NCBI GenBank assembly: GCA_964609035.1
Contig: CAZSQL010000003.1
Span: 4,058-68,057, forward strand
Length of the DNA: 64,000 bases
Source: an uncultured Candidatus Peribacteria bacterium
GTDB lineage: Bacteria; Patescibacteriota; Gracilibacteria; Absconditabacterales; Absconditicoccaceae
Reading direction: 5' to 3'
This document shows positions 24,357-35,536 of this stretch, one piece after another. Under the pieces are notes generated by a model. The model did not search any database. It saw only the letters and a list, made by a program, of their open reading frames with translations, and was not told where the DNA came from. Numbering within the stretch: the first letter of the stretch is position 1; the number at the start of each line of letters is the position of its first letter. A program made the translations under genes and the position numbers.

Positions 24357-25919
24357 TTATCACTTATCAATTAAATAAAGTTCTCTCTTGTCCAATATTT
24401 TCATCCCTCTTTTCAAATCATTTTTGTCATTTGCATAAAGTTGGCACAAAACGTCTCATTTTTTTACTAATTCTCAAACCTGCTTATTTAAATAAAATCA
24501 AGCTTGCTTATCCAATGGTGCTCCAAAAATTCTACATATTTTTTTCAACAATTCTACATCCATACTTTTGAGTTTACCAGATTTCTTGGCTATTAGTTTC
24601 TGAGAAAATTTAGCCAATGGTAGTTCTTCGGAGTCCAAAACTCATAAATATGAAGTATTTTTATAATCTGGTTTTACATTATGAATACTATTTTGAGACT
24701 GAATTAACTTTTGCATATATTCCCATGCCAATCAAGACTCTAATTGTTTTTTAGCTAATCAAATAGCCTTATCTCATCTTGCCAATCAAACTAACTCTAT
24801 CAATTTAGCAGACAAACTAATCGCTTTTTTCTTTATATCTTTTGAAAAAATTTTTTTGTTTTGTAATACTCTAAGAGCTTCCCTCGTTTGTAAAACTGCT
24901 CCAATTCACTTACCAATAGGATTATCTGCATTTGTTATATCCACAAAAACCTTCATTCCAAGCTTTTTTCAAATATATTCAAAATGTCACGCGATTCTTT
25001 TTGCTGTCTTTTTGTCAGGTATCTTTCAATTCTTTCAGACAGGTAAATCAATAAGACAATATTTTGTTCATCCAGCATAAATTTTAGCCATTATACTAAT
25101 TGCAACCTTGGCATAAGCTTCCATATACAATGGATATGAAACTTTTATAATTCTATCATTTGCAGGAGCAAATTTCAAAGATTTTCAATTTGCCAAACAA
25201 GATCAAGTCTTATCCACCAAATGCTTCATCTCTTGGACAGAAAATTCAGTATCCATAAGTACTTCCACACACTCACCCGTTGCAGCAGGCGAAGTAATAG
25301 CTTTTGAAAAAGTTTTTGGACTAGAAATACCAAGTGAACCAAGTATTGGAACTATAATCATAGTTGTTTCATTTCATGGCACACCACCAATACAATATTT
25401 TACAGCAGTATCATGTTTAAATTTTATCATATCTCACATCTCAGCAGAATACTTAGCAGTCAAATAAAGTTCTTCTTCATCACTAGGATAAGCAAAACTA
25501 CAAGCTGCATAATATGCAGTAAGTAAATCACTAATTTTGCCATCTGTCATATCTCTCATCAAAGCTTTTATTTCCTCCTCATTTAATTTTTTGCCCAAAA
25601 GCTTTTTCTTTATAGCTTGCAAAGACAATGGATTTGTCTCAAGAGTAGATATAGAAACAATATCTCATTTTTTTATTTCATATTTATCAAAAATATCTTG
25701 CGTAATTCAAACTTCTCAAATATCCACTAAATCATTGGTCAAATCAACATTTACAACTATATTCTCCCACTTATTGTTTTTTTTATAAGACAAAATAACA
25801 TCATCAATCGCTGTTATGCCAAATTTAAAAGCTTCAGCCTCATTCAACAAAATCTGCAAGCTATTTCCTGCTCTTATATCTATTTGTTTTACTTTTACAG
25901 GGAAGGTTTTATGTTTCAT
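24357..25919 (-). CDS. AMP phosphorylase (thymidine phosphorylase family), paralog 2
   Basis: 520 aa. KYCIGGVPGNETTMIIVP. Same architecture as 17851..19371. ORF-track pieces 25716..25919 and 25434..25628 are in frame. Confidence 0.8.
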
Positions 25920-25959
25920 GAACTAAGTTATCAAGTTAAAAGTTTGCAAGTTATCAAGT

Positions 25960-26694
25960 TTAATGTTTTTTTGTATCAATAAGTTTTCAATCTAAAAGTT
26001 CCAACAATTCTTTTGTGTCAGATACCTCATAATTAGATCTTATTCATTTATTCTCTTTATTAAATCTATTAAGCCAAACTCACTTAATTCACAATGCTTG
26101 AGCTCAATCAATATCTCTTTCTATATTATCTCAAACCATTACACAATCTTTTGCCAAAACTCAAAGTTTATGTGCAGCCAAAAGAAATGTACTTGGATGT
26201 GGTTTTTCTATTCAAGCTTCTTCTGATGTTACCAAAACATCTATATATTGAGATATTCACAACAATTCCATTTTCTTTAATTGAGAATACGTTTGAGAAT
26301 CAGTTATAATTCAAGTTTTAATTCAATTTGATTTCAAAAATTTCAATACTTTTATTGCATATTTATCCTTTTTGATATTTTTAAAAAAAGTATCCCAATA
26401 TAATCTAAAAAGTTCAACTATATATTTGGCTTCTATTTTATGCTTTATTTTAGAATTTAATAACTCAAACAATTTCTGAAAATATAAATCTCTATTGTGT
26501 GATGCAGCAGTACCAATCAATTGTTTTTTAACTTCTTTTTGAGCTAATTCAAAAGCTATCTTAACCATTTCAATAGGCATATTTATAATCTCACTAATTC
26601 TATCAAACAACTTAACCAAAGTTTTGTCATGTACTGTCTGATAATCAAACAATGTATCATCCAAATCAAACAATACTGCTTTTATTTTACCCAT
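25960..26694 (-). CDS. HAD-IA family hydrolase
   Basis: MGKIKAVLFDLDDTL (DxDxT), ...GIITDS..., VMVGDNIERDIDGAQALG. Confidence 0.7.
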
Positions 26695-26795
26695 TTTTTT
26701 ATAACCCAAACTAAAACAATTTTCACAACTTTTAAGTTGCCTAACCTACCTATCGAAGGTAGACTTGATAACTCTAAAACTTGACAAACTTTTAA

Positions 26796-27716
26796 CTACT
26801 CCAGCATCCAAGGATATCTTTTTTCTATCTCTTTCACTAAATTTTCAGGTCTAATAACTCCAAACTCAGTAATAATTCACGTAATACACTTAGCAGGAAC
26901 TAGATCAAAAGCATAGTTGAGTATGTCCAATCCTTCTGGTGCTTCTGGCCAAAGTTCTTTGCCAGATCTAGTCTCTATTCATATAGTATTTGTCATGTCG
27001 ACTTTAAGCAAACTTCAAACTATATACAAAGGTATACCAGAATGCCAAGCAGACAAGGCTATAGAATAGCTTCCCACCTTATTTATTGTATCTCCATTTG
27101 TTCTAATACAATCTGATCACAAAAATACTTTGTGTATATCTAAATCATTTTCATATATATTATCTACAAAAAATGGAGCAGAACTATCTGTAATCATGGT
27201 ATTTGGCACACCAGCAGATACCAAATCTTTTGAAGTTTTTCTTCATTGATACAATGGTCTTGTTTCAGTATTGTAAACATGTATTTTTTTTCAATTATCC
27301 CATGCTGTTTTCAAAATTTTAGTAACCGAACCTGAATGACAATGTGTCACAATATTTTCACCACTATCAATCAACTCAGCACCAAGCCCTGTCCTAATCT
27401 TTTCTTCTTCATTTATCCAAGTTAAGTACTCTGCAAAAGCATCTGCAATTTCAATAGCACTTGCTCCATGATTTAATTTAAATCTAGCATATTTCATACC
27501 ATTACGAAGCATTGGCTCAGTTTCTCTAGCCTCTATAAGAAGTCTTGTTGATTTATCAAAAAATATTTTCAATTCTTTTTTACTAGAAAATTTTTTGCTA
27601 CGAAGCTGTTTTTCCATTACTTTACAGGCCTCTCTAGCAATATTAGTAGCTCATTGTATTGTAATAGTACCAATATCATCAGCTATTTTTAATATAATAT
27701 CATCAATTTTTACCAT
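26796..27716 (-). CDS. Ribose-1,5-bisphosphate isomerase (eIF-2B alpha/beta/delta family)
   Basis: 306 aa. ...IVTHCHSGSV...ETRPLYQGRKT...FLGSDCIRTNGDTINKVGSY. Confidence 0.8.
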
Positions 27717-27904
27717 GTTTTATTTTAGAATTTTAAAACATCATTTAATTATATATTATTTCATATTTTTTTGCAAATTTTTGAGGATTTTGTAAATGTA
27801 CTTGTTTTATTAATCACCCCCTATCCCCCGGGAATATAATTTACTTGCAAAACCATATTTTTTCAAATAGATCTCGGTAGTCGGGTTTGTTTAATAAAAC
27901 AGAT

Positions 27905-28250
27905 GGAAATTATTTTCTGTCTCCCCATCTTGCAGGCGCGTTGTCATTGCGAGGTTTACTCGGCAGTATTGCCGAGAAATCGAAGCAATCTGCACTCGCG
28001 CCTACATTGATTGTGAGTTTTATTTTCTGTCTCCCTCCTCTTGCAGGCGCGAATTCGAATTCGCGCCTACATTGATTGGAGATTTTGTTTTCTATCTCCC
28101 TTTGTCCTAAATCACCCACTATGCCCCTCTTTGATAAAGAGGGGGAATATTATCTGAATAAGCACCTCTTTGCCTGCCCCGCAGAACTGCGGTTGGTCAA
28201 AGAGGACCACCCTCTCCTCAGAGGAGAGGGGTTGGGGGAGAGGTCTGACT
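27905..28250. repeat. Cluster of GC-rich REP-like hairpins (locus 1)
   Basis: TGCAGGCGCG...CGCGCCTACA units (28041-28070 contains the perfect 24-nt palindrome AGGCGCGAATTCGAATTCGCGCCT). Also CTCGGCAGTATTGCCGAG, CCCCTCTTTGATAAAGAGGGG, CCGCAGAACTGCGG, CCCTCTCCTCAGAGGAGAGGG. Homologous to part of 61090-61250. Confidence 0.75.
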
Positions 28251-28254
28251 ATCA

Positions 28255-30921
28255 TTAACTTCTTCACTTCTTAATCCTATTTACCACAAACGCCAACACA
28301 AACAAAACCAACAATATTATTGCTATTTGCAACCACATCATAGATGATAATGGTTTTGTCTGAAATATTTCTGCCAAAAATGGAACATAAACCACCAAAA
28401 ACACTAATCCAACAGACAATAATACTGCACCAAAAAGCCATTTGTTTGACCAAAATGGTAAATTATATTCATCTCTAATCATCCATATTCTAAGCATCTC
28501 CAACAAAGTCAAAAGCACAAAAACTCAAGTCCTAGCTTCCACAAGATCTATTGAGTAGTTTTCCATAAACAAAAACAAACATCAAGCAGTCATAGCAATA
28601 GATAGGATTATTATATTTATTATCATATTTCTATCTACAATCTTAGATCACAATCTTCTAGGTTTGTGCGACATAATATCTGGACTAGCTGGATCTACTC
28701 ACAAAGCAAGAGCTGGCAATCCATCGCTCACAAGATTGATCCACAAAATTTGTATTGCTATCAAAGGCAAAGGTAACCCAATCAACACACTTATAAAAAT
28801 AATCAGTATCTCAGCAAAATTGGTAGAAAGAAGATAATTTACAAATTTTTTGATATTATCATAAATTCATCTTCACTCATATATGGCGTTTACTATCGTA
28901 GCAAAATTATCATCCAAAAGTATCATATCACTTGCTTCTTTAGTCACATCTGTGCCAGTAATTCACATCGCCAGACCAATATCAGCATACTTCAAAGCTG
29001 GAGCATCATTGACCCCATCTCCAGTCATAGCTACTATATTTCATTTTTTCTTCAAAAGTTTGACTATTCTCTGTTTGTGAGCAGGACTAACTCTAGCAAA
29101 TACTCAAATATCATCTATCATTTTTCATAATTTTTTGTCATCTATCTTGTCCAATTCCAGCCCATCCATAGCCATTCACTTAATTCAAAGTTCATGAGCT
29201 ATAGCTTTGGCTGTAATCACATTGTCTCCAGTAATCATAACTACTCTAATCCCGGCTCTTTCACAAATAGCTATCGAATCCCTTACTTCTATTCTAGGCG
29301 GATCTATCATCGCCTGCAACCCCACAAACACCAATCATGATTCTAATTGATAATTGATAGTTGATAGTTGATAATTATCAATTTTCAATTTTCAATTATC
29401 AACTGATTTATATGCAAACCCAAGCACTCTCAAAGCAGATTCTGCAAATTTTTTATTTTGATCTAATATTTGTTTCTTATCTTTTTCTGTCATCTTTTTT
29501 ATCTCACCATTTATCAACACATGACTACACTTCTCCAATAAAATTTCAGGCGCCCCCTTACTAAACATAATTCACTCTTCACTTTTCACTCTTCACTCTT
29601 CACTATATATCGTCGTCATCAACTTCCTCTCAGAATCAAAAGGAATTTCATCCAACAATTTATATTGTTTTTCCAAATCTTTTCTTACAAGTCATCATTT
29701 GATAGCACTGACAAGCAAAGCCACCTCAGTAGGATCTCAAACAATATTTTCTCAATTTATAGCAGAATTGTTGCACAAAACTCAAATTTTTAATATCTGT
29801 TCTAGTGAATTTATATTTTCTTTATTTTTGGACAGAAAATCTTTTTTTCCAAAATCTTGATAACCTACTCCATCCAAATCAAAAACCTTATCGTCTACAA
29901 AAATATGTTTTACTGTCATTTCATTTTTGGTCAAAGTTCATGTTTTGTCTGTACAGATAATATTTACAGATCACAATGTCTCTACACTAGAAAGTTTTCT
30001 CATCAAGGCATTTTTTTTGACCAATCTTTTTACTCACAATCACAAAGCAATAGTCACTACAGCAGGAAGTCACTCTGGTATCGCTGCTACAGATAAAGCT
30101 ATAGCTACCAAAAATGCTTGCTGCCAAGTATTTCAGACAAAAAATATAGCACTCACAAAAATAACTGCACATATCACAATCACTACAGCACCAAGCCATT
30201 TACTCAATTTATCTAAATCTTTTTGTAAATTAGTTTGTTTTTCTGGAGCTTCTTGTATCATACCAGCAATTTTACCAATCTCAGTCTGCATACCAATAGC
30301 TACCACAATAGCTCTACCATGTCATTTGGTCACTACAGTACCAGCAAAAAGCATATTTTTTTGGTCTCACAAAGCCGAATCTTTGTTTATAGTTTCTATA
30401 TTTTTGGCAACCGGCATAGACTCACCTGTCAGTACAGCTTCGGCCACTTCAGCACTCATAGATTGTATTATACGAGCATCAGCTCAGATTTTATCTCCTG
30501 CATCAAAAATCAAAATATCTCATACAGTCAAATACTGTGAATCTATCAATATCTCTTTTCCATTTCTGATTACTCTAGATTTCAAACTAGCCATCTTTTT
30601 CAAAGATTCTATAGACTTCTCAGCCTTGTATTCTTGTACAAAACCAAGTATTGAATTTAAAATTACTATCAAAATAATCACCACACTATCTACGGCTTCT
30701 CATACAAATATGGAAACTACAGCAGCAATAATCAATATCAAAATAAGAAAACTTTTGAACTGATTCAAGAAAACTTTCCAAGCACTGATTTTCTTTTCAT
30801 TGGTCAAAATATTTAATCCATATTTTTCTTGCTTATCTTGGACTTGTTTGTCAGTCAATCAAATTTCCACATCTACAGCCAATTCTTTGGCTACATTTTC
30901 TATAGGTTTTTGGTAATACAT
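28255..30921 (-). CDS. P-type cation-transporting ATPase (P2, Ca2+/SERCA-like)
   Basis: 888 aa. ICTDKTGTLT (Gly is TGA), [28 protein letters not shown]. The ORF-track C-terminal piece 28264..28518 ends at a TGA, so the gene continues 3 codons to TAA. Confidence 0.9.
29347..29402. repeat. Imperfect 56-nt palindrome of TTGATAATT words lying in frame inside the ATPase CDS
   Basis: TTGATAATTGATAGTTGATAGTTGATAATT|ATCAATTTTCAATTTTCAATTATCAA. Translates without stops as ...[21 protein letters not shown]... just before [10 protein letters not shown]. Confidence 0.8.
29571..29603. repeat. Tandem TTCACTC/TTCACTT words in frame inside the ATPase CDS
   Basis: TTCACTCTTCACTTTTCACTCTTCACTCTTCAC encodes SEEGRVKSEEG immediately before the conserved KGAPE. 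Confidence 0.75.
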
Positions 30922-30943
30922 AAACGACAGTTAAAAATAAAAA

Positions 30944-31080
30944 AGTTGCAAAGGTTACAATGTCTTAAAGGTTACAATGTTTCAAAGGCTATAAAGTTGC
31001 AAGAATTGCAAAGTCCATACTCTTTGAAACCTATTGCAACATATTGAAACCCGTTGCAACCTTTGATACCTTTGGAACCT
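30944..31080. repeat. Dyad array of TTGCAA/TTACAA/TTGAAAC words (family 1, inverted copy)
   Basis: GTTGCAAAGGTTACAATG...centre AGTCCATACTCTTT (reverse complement of the AAAGAGCATGG centre)...GAAACCTATTGCAACATATTGAAACCCGTTGCAACC. Confidence 0.7.
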
Positions 31081-31291
31081 TTTAATAATTATACCCACCA
31101 TACCCAAAAATAGCAAAAACAAACAAAAGCTAAGCGAAGATTTGTTTGACAAATAAAGAAAATATTAGATTGAAAAAAAATAACCAATCATTATACTAAG
31201 CACTAGTAATAAAGTTATCAAGTTCATCAAGTTTATAAAGTCTTATACTTTTAACTTGAAAACTTTTAACTTTATAACTTTACACTAACTT

Positions 31292-31682
31292 GGGGATGTA
31301 CAGGCTTCGATGAAAGATTCTCATATCTAATAACTGCCACTACTCGATGAGCGTACCGAGTATACTAATCGCTCAGCATCTAAAAATGCAAACTCAAAAA
31401 ACTTGTTAGCGAGAGCTAACGCCTTCGTTTTGAACTACGCTTAGTTCTACGATTGTATCAACCGGTTCTGCTAGACACCTACTAGGTAGACGGAGACATA
31501 AGTAGGTACCGCTACCTCTGGTAGCAAATGTCGATATGACAAAAAATCCATTGCCTGTTTGTTGGCTTTTGGATTTGCCAGTCATAAGGACACTAAATCT
31601 ACGGCTTAATAAACAAACTATTGTGGTAAGCGTTATTATTTATGTCTTTTAGACGCGAGTTCGACTCTCGCCATCTCCACCA
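31292..31682 (+). ncRNA. ssrA: tmRNA (transfer-messenger RNA)
   Basis: 5' GGGGATGTACAGGCTTCGATG..., 3' ...GGACGCGAGTTCGACTCTCGCCATCTCCACCA (T-arm plus acceptor). Candidate tag frame GCA AAC TCA...TAC GCT TAG gives ANSKNLLARANAFVLNYA. Confidence 0.9.
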
Positions 31683-31716
31683 AAAAAGATGAATCATAAA
31701 GACAAAATACCAAAAT

Positions 31717-31745
31717 CTCAGAGAGCAATCTTTGAGGTTTTTTTA
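31717..31745 (+). terminator. Terminator after tmRNA
   Basis: CTCAGAG-AGCAAT-CTTTGAG (one G-T pair) followed by GTTTTTTT. Confidence 0.55.
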
Positions 31746-31819
31746 GTTTGAAAATGATTTGAAAAAGAATATATGAGAGATAAGAATTTATTTTTTTAGT
31801 ATAAAATATTTTTAATAAA

Positions 31820-32161
31820 ATGAAAATAAAAGAACTGCAAAAATTAGTTACAGATTTTAGAGATAAAAGAGACCGAAAACAATTTCATAATCCAAAAGAT
31901 TTAGTAGAGGCTATTTCTATAGAATGTTGAGAACTAATGGAGCATTTCCTTTGGAAATCACAACAAGAATCACAAAAAATTGCGGAAAATAATAATGATA
32001 TTGCAGAAGAATTTGCTGATATAATGAACTATTTATTATTATTCGCGGATATTTGTAATATAGATATAGAAGAATCCATTATCAAAAAGATCAAAAAAAA
32101 CAATTTAAAATACCCTGTAGAAAAATCTAAATGAAAAAGTGATAAATACAATAAACTTTAA
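31820..32161 (+). CDS. MazG-like nucleotide pyrophosphohydrolase
   Basis: 113 aa. FRDKRD(CGA)KQFHNPKDLVEAISIECGELMEHFLW...EEFADIMNYLLLFA, the all-alpha NTP-PPase pattern. Confidence 0.75.
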
Positions 32162-32184
32162 AATTTTTAATCAAAAAATATAAT

Positions 32185-33795
32185 ATGTGAGCTACTATAA
32201 TAGATATTCCATTCAATAAAAAAGAAATAGACTGATTTATGTATTATCATCGAGATTATGATAGTCGACCAGTAGTTTATCTTATAAAAGGAGAAAAACA
32301 TATCTATATTGGAGAAACAACGAATGCTTATAAAAGGATGAAAGATCATCTAAAGAATACAGAAAGAACAGATTTATTAAATGAAGTATTAATTTTATAT
32401 GATCCAGAATATAATAAATCAGCCACATTAGATATAGAATCTAAATTAATAGAATATATTTCTGGAGAAGATTCCTTTATTTTACAAAACAGAAACGATG
32501 GAATAAGGAATCATCAGTATTATGATCGTGAAAAATATCTTGCCAAATTTGAAGACGTGTGGAAAGACTTACAGAACAAAAGAATAGTATATAAAGATTT
32601 GAATGAAATAAGAAATAGTGATTTATTTAAATATTCTCCATATAAATCACTAAATAACGATCAATATAATGTTGTTACAGAAATATACGAAGATATTAAA
32701 AACAAAAGAAATTGAACATATATTGTTAATTGAGAACCAGGTACATGAAAAAGTGTTGTAGCAAGCTATTTAGTAAAATATTTAAAAGATAAAAACGATA
32801 CAAAGAATTTGAAAGTTGGTCTTGTTGTCCCTATGGCATGATTAAGAAATACTTTTAAAAAAATCTTTAAAAATATAGATTGATTGAAATCTAGTATGGT
32901 TATTTGACCAAATGAGATTGCAAAAGATTATTCAAACACAAACAAAACCCCATATGATATATTAATTGTAGATGAAGCTCACAGACTACAAAAAAGAAAA
33001 AATATAATGTGATATGGTGCTTATGATGATGTTAATAGAAAACTATGATTATCAAAAGAATCAACTCAATTAGATCGATTAATTAATTTATCAAAAACAC
33101 AAATATTATTTTATGATAAAAACCAATCAATAAAACCATCAGACGTGAATTCAGAAGATTTTGAAAAAATTAAACAAACAAAACATTATGTTTTAAAAAG
33201 TCAGATGAGAGTTAATTGATGAAATGAATATTTGAATTTTATAAATAATTTTTTCGATTGATTAAATCCAGATTTTATTAAAGTAAAAAATTATGATTTT
33301 AAATTATTTGATAATTTTAAAGATTTTAGAAATAATATCTTAGAAAAAGATAAAGAGTTCTGATTGTCTAGAATAGTCGCTTGATATGCACGATCACGAA
33401 CTTCTAAAAATAACCCCAATCAACATGATATAGAAATAGATTGAGTAAAAATGTTTTGGAATACTACAAATAAAGATTGGGTAAACTCTGAAAACGCTTT
33501 ACATGAAATATGATGTATTCATACTGTACAATGATATGACCTAAACTATGTATGAGTAATTTTATGAAATGAGCTATCTTACAATAAAGAAACTGGGGAA
33601 TTTATTATTAATAAAGATAATTATTATGATAAAAATTGAAAGAATTGAATTACAGATATGTATGAATTAAAAAGATATATAATAAATATATATAAAACCT
33701 TAATGACACGCGGGATTAAATGAACTTATATATATGTGGTAGATGATAATTTAAGAGAATATCTAAAAAGTAAAATAAAGTGATTTTTTTACTAG
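32185..33795 (+). CDS. GIY-YIG nuclease domain fused to DUF2075 (Schlafen-like) P-loop ATPase/helicase
   Basis: 536 aa. VVYLIKGEKHIYIGETTNAYKRMKDH (GIY-YIG), NGEPGTGKS (both Gly TGA), ILIVDEAHRL, SQMRVNGG, AGYA(CGA)S(CGA)TS, IHTVQGYDLNYVGVILG. The start may instead be 32239. Confidence 0.75.
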
Positions 33796-33816
33796 ACCCC
33801 AGGGTCTAACAAAAAT

Positions 33817-33984
33817 CTATCTTCCCCTTCCCCTAGCTCCTCTACTATTCTGAGACCTATTCAAATCGCCATCAGTCCTTCTAGGTTTTTTGTGAATTCT
33901 TTTTGGACCATATCACTCCTGTGACTGAGAATCTCTCCTTGGTGGATATTTTTTTGGTCATTCTGATTTATAATGAGACGCCAT
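33817..33984 (-). CDS. Basic RG-rich ORF, in frame with and probably once part of the helicase C-terminal tail
   Basis: MASHYKSEGPKKYPPRRDSQSQEGYGPKRIHKKPRRTDGDLNRSQNSRGARGRGR. Same frame as 34081..35385 with only one TAA (34081-34083) between them. Confidence 0.3.
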
Positions 33985-34017
33985 GAAAAATTGAATAATT
34001 GAAATTTTTCAAACGTC

Positions 34018-34113
34018 GAATTTATACCGACAGATATTAGAAACTTTTAGATCAACCCCGCAGTATTGCGGGGGAAGAGATTAAAAATTTCTAATGCGCT
34101 TCGGTATAAATTC
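34018..34113. repeat. 96-nt imperfect palindromic element overlapping the helicase stop codon
   Basis: GAATTTATACCG/CGGTATAAATTC (12 bp), ATTAGAAA/TTTCTAAT (8 bp), apical CCCCGCA-GTAT-TGCGGGG (34056-34073). Length is a multiple of 3. Confidence 0.75.
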
Positions 34114-35385
34114 ATCTTTTTTGTCTCCACTTCTACGATCATTTCTATTGTTGGGACGAAAATCTTTTTTTTTGTCTACAGAAGGAGTAGCATTACGAGT
34201 ACTTTTACCTCATTTTTTATCAGTAGATCTATTTAGACGAATATTATCAAATCTTCATTCCTTGTCATGTACTACTATATGCTCAGAAGGTTTTATGCTA
34301 ATCTTGTGCATTTTCTCTATCTCCTTTACCAATGGTCATTCCAATGGAGAAACAAGCATGATAGCTTTTCCATAAGCACCAGCTCTTCATGTCCTACCAA
34401 TTCTGTGGATATAACTTTTGGCATCTATAGGCACATCAAAATTGATTACAAGTCATACATTTTCCATGTTAAGTCATCTTGCAGCTACATCAGTAGTCAC
34501 AAGCACCTTCAGTTTCCCTTGCTTAAAATCATTTAATGTTCATTGTCTTTTATTCTGCGACATGTTACCATTTAACATACCAACATTAAATTGATTTTTC
34601 ACCAAAATATCCTGAATAGTCTTGGTGTTTCTTTTTGTATGAGTAAAAACAATCACCTTTTCCCTGGAATGAGTCTGGATTAGTTGAATCAAATTAGATA
34701 ATTTATGCTCATGATCTACAGCTAGATATCTATGATGTATCTTGTCTACTGTCACAGTCTCCCCTATTTTGATAAATTCATAGTCTGTGATATGCTCTTT
34801 TATAATTTCTTTCATATCATTGTTCATAGTAGCAGAAAATGTGAAAGTTTGTTTGATATTTTTCATTTGAGCCCAAATTTTTCTGATATCACGGACAAAT
34901 CCCATGTCCAACATCATGTCTACCTCATCCAAAACAAAATATTTTACACTACTTAGACTTACTTCTCATTGACCGATAAAATCCATTAGCCTACCTGTAG
35001 TAGAAACAATAATAGATGGCTTCCTTTTTAAATTTTGCTTTTGAACATTGATACTAGCTCATCCATAAAGACAAGTAGAAGTCACCCCATAGAATTTAGT
35101 CAATCACCTAATTTCATCTCATATTTGAGCTACCAATTCTCTAGTTGGAGCCAATATCAAAACCTGTAAAGACCTGTCATTGGTATCTACTTTGTTCAAT
35201 ATCGGTATAAGAAACGCCGCAGTTTTACCTGTTCACGTCTGAGATTGTCATACAATATTTTTTCAAGCAAGTGCTACAGAAATAACTTTCTCTTGGATTG
35301 GCGTAGCATGTACATATCACATATTAAATATAGACCTCAATAATCCATTCTTCAATCAAAATTCACTAAACAACATAGAAAACAT
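34081..35385 (-). CDS. DEAD-box ATP-dependent RNA helicase
   Basis: 434 aa. [46 protein letters not shown], then a basic tail. Confidence 0.85.
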
Positions 35386-35536
35386 TTTTTATAAATAAAA
35401 TTTATAACTCAGGACAGTATAATAGTTAAGACCACAATAGCAATAGAGATTGAATTATATTTTTAAATATAATAGTAATAAGAAATTAAATAAAAAAGAT
35501 TATTCTTTTAATAAACAAAAAAATAATTAAAAATTC

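Noticed and set aside
27905-28250. Possible CRISPR array (repeated TTATTTTCTGTCTCCC and hairpins). The same question applies to 60990..61497.
   Set aside because: Repeat spacing is irregular (110 and 65 nt; 358 and 122 nt). Repeats are not identical. The units are palindromes with conserved feet rather than direct repeats with unique spacers. No cas genes are in the window.
27887-28258. Three ORFs of 60-69 aa (27887..28075, 27910..28119, 28076..28258) in the GC-rich spacer.
   Set aside because: They are made of the repeated hairpin sequences (Ala/Gly/Arg/Pro-rich from GC repeats), overlap each other on both strands and lack any family resemblance.
29927-30763. 278-aa plus-strand ORF in the track. 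Similar long ORFs occur at 59595..60095, 8797..9225, 10389..10814, 39216..39611 and 22726..23052.
   Set aside because: They lie antisense to well-supported genes (P-type ATPase, ComM-like, DGR target, AbiEii, HtpX, GH3 fusion). They have low-complexity Ser/Phe/Ile-rich sequences and no recognisable motifs. They are artefacts of AT-rich antisense frames lacking stops.
31682-33795. Integrated element with a duplicated ssrA 3' end (att site) downstream of the MazG/DUF2075 pair.
   Set aside because: I found no repeat of the tmRNA 3' terminal sequence (GAGTTCGACTCTCGCCATCTCCACCA) between 31683 and 34100. Island status therefore rests only on gene content.
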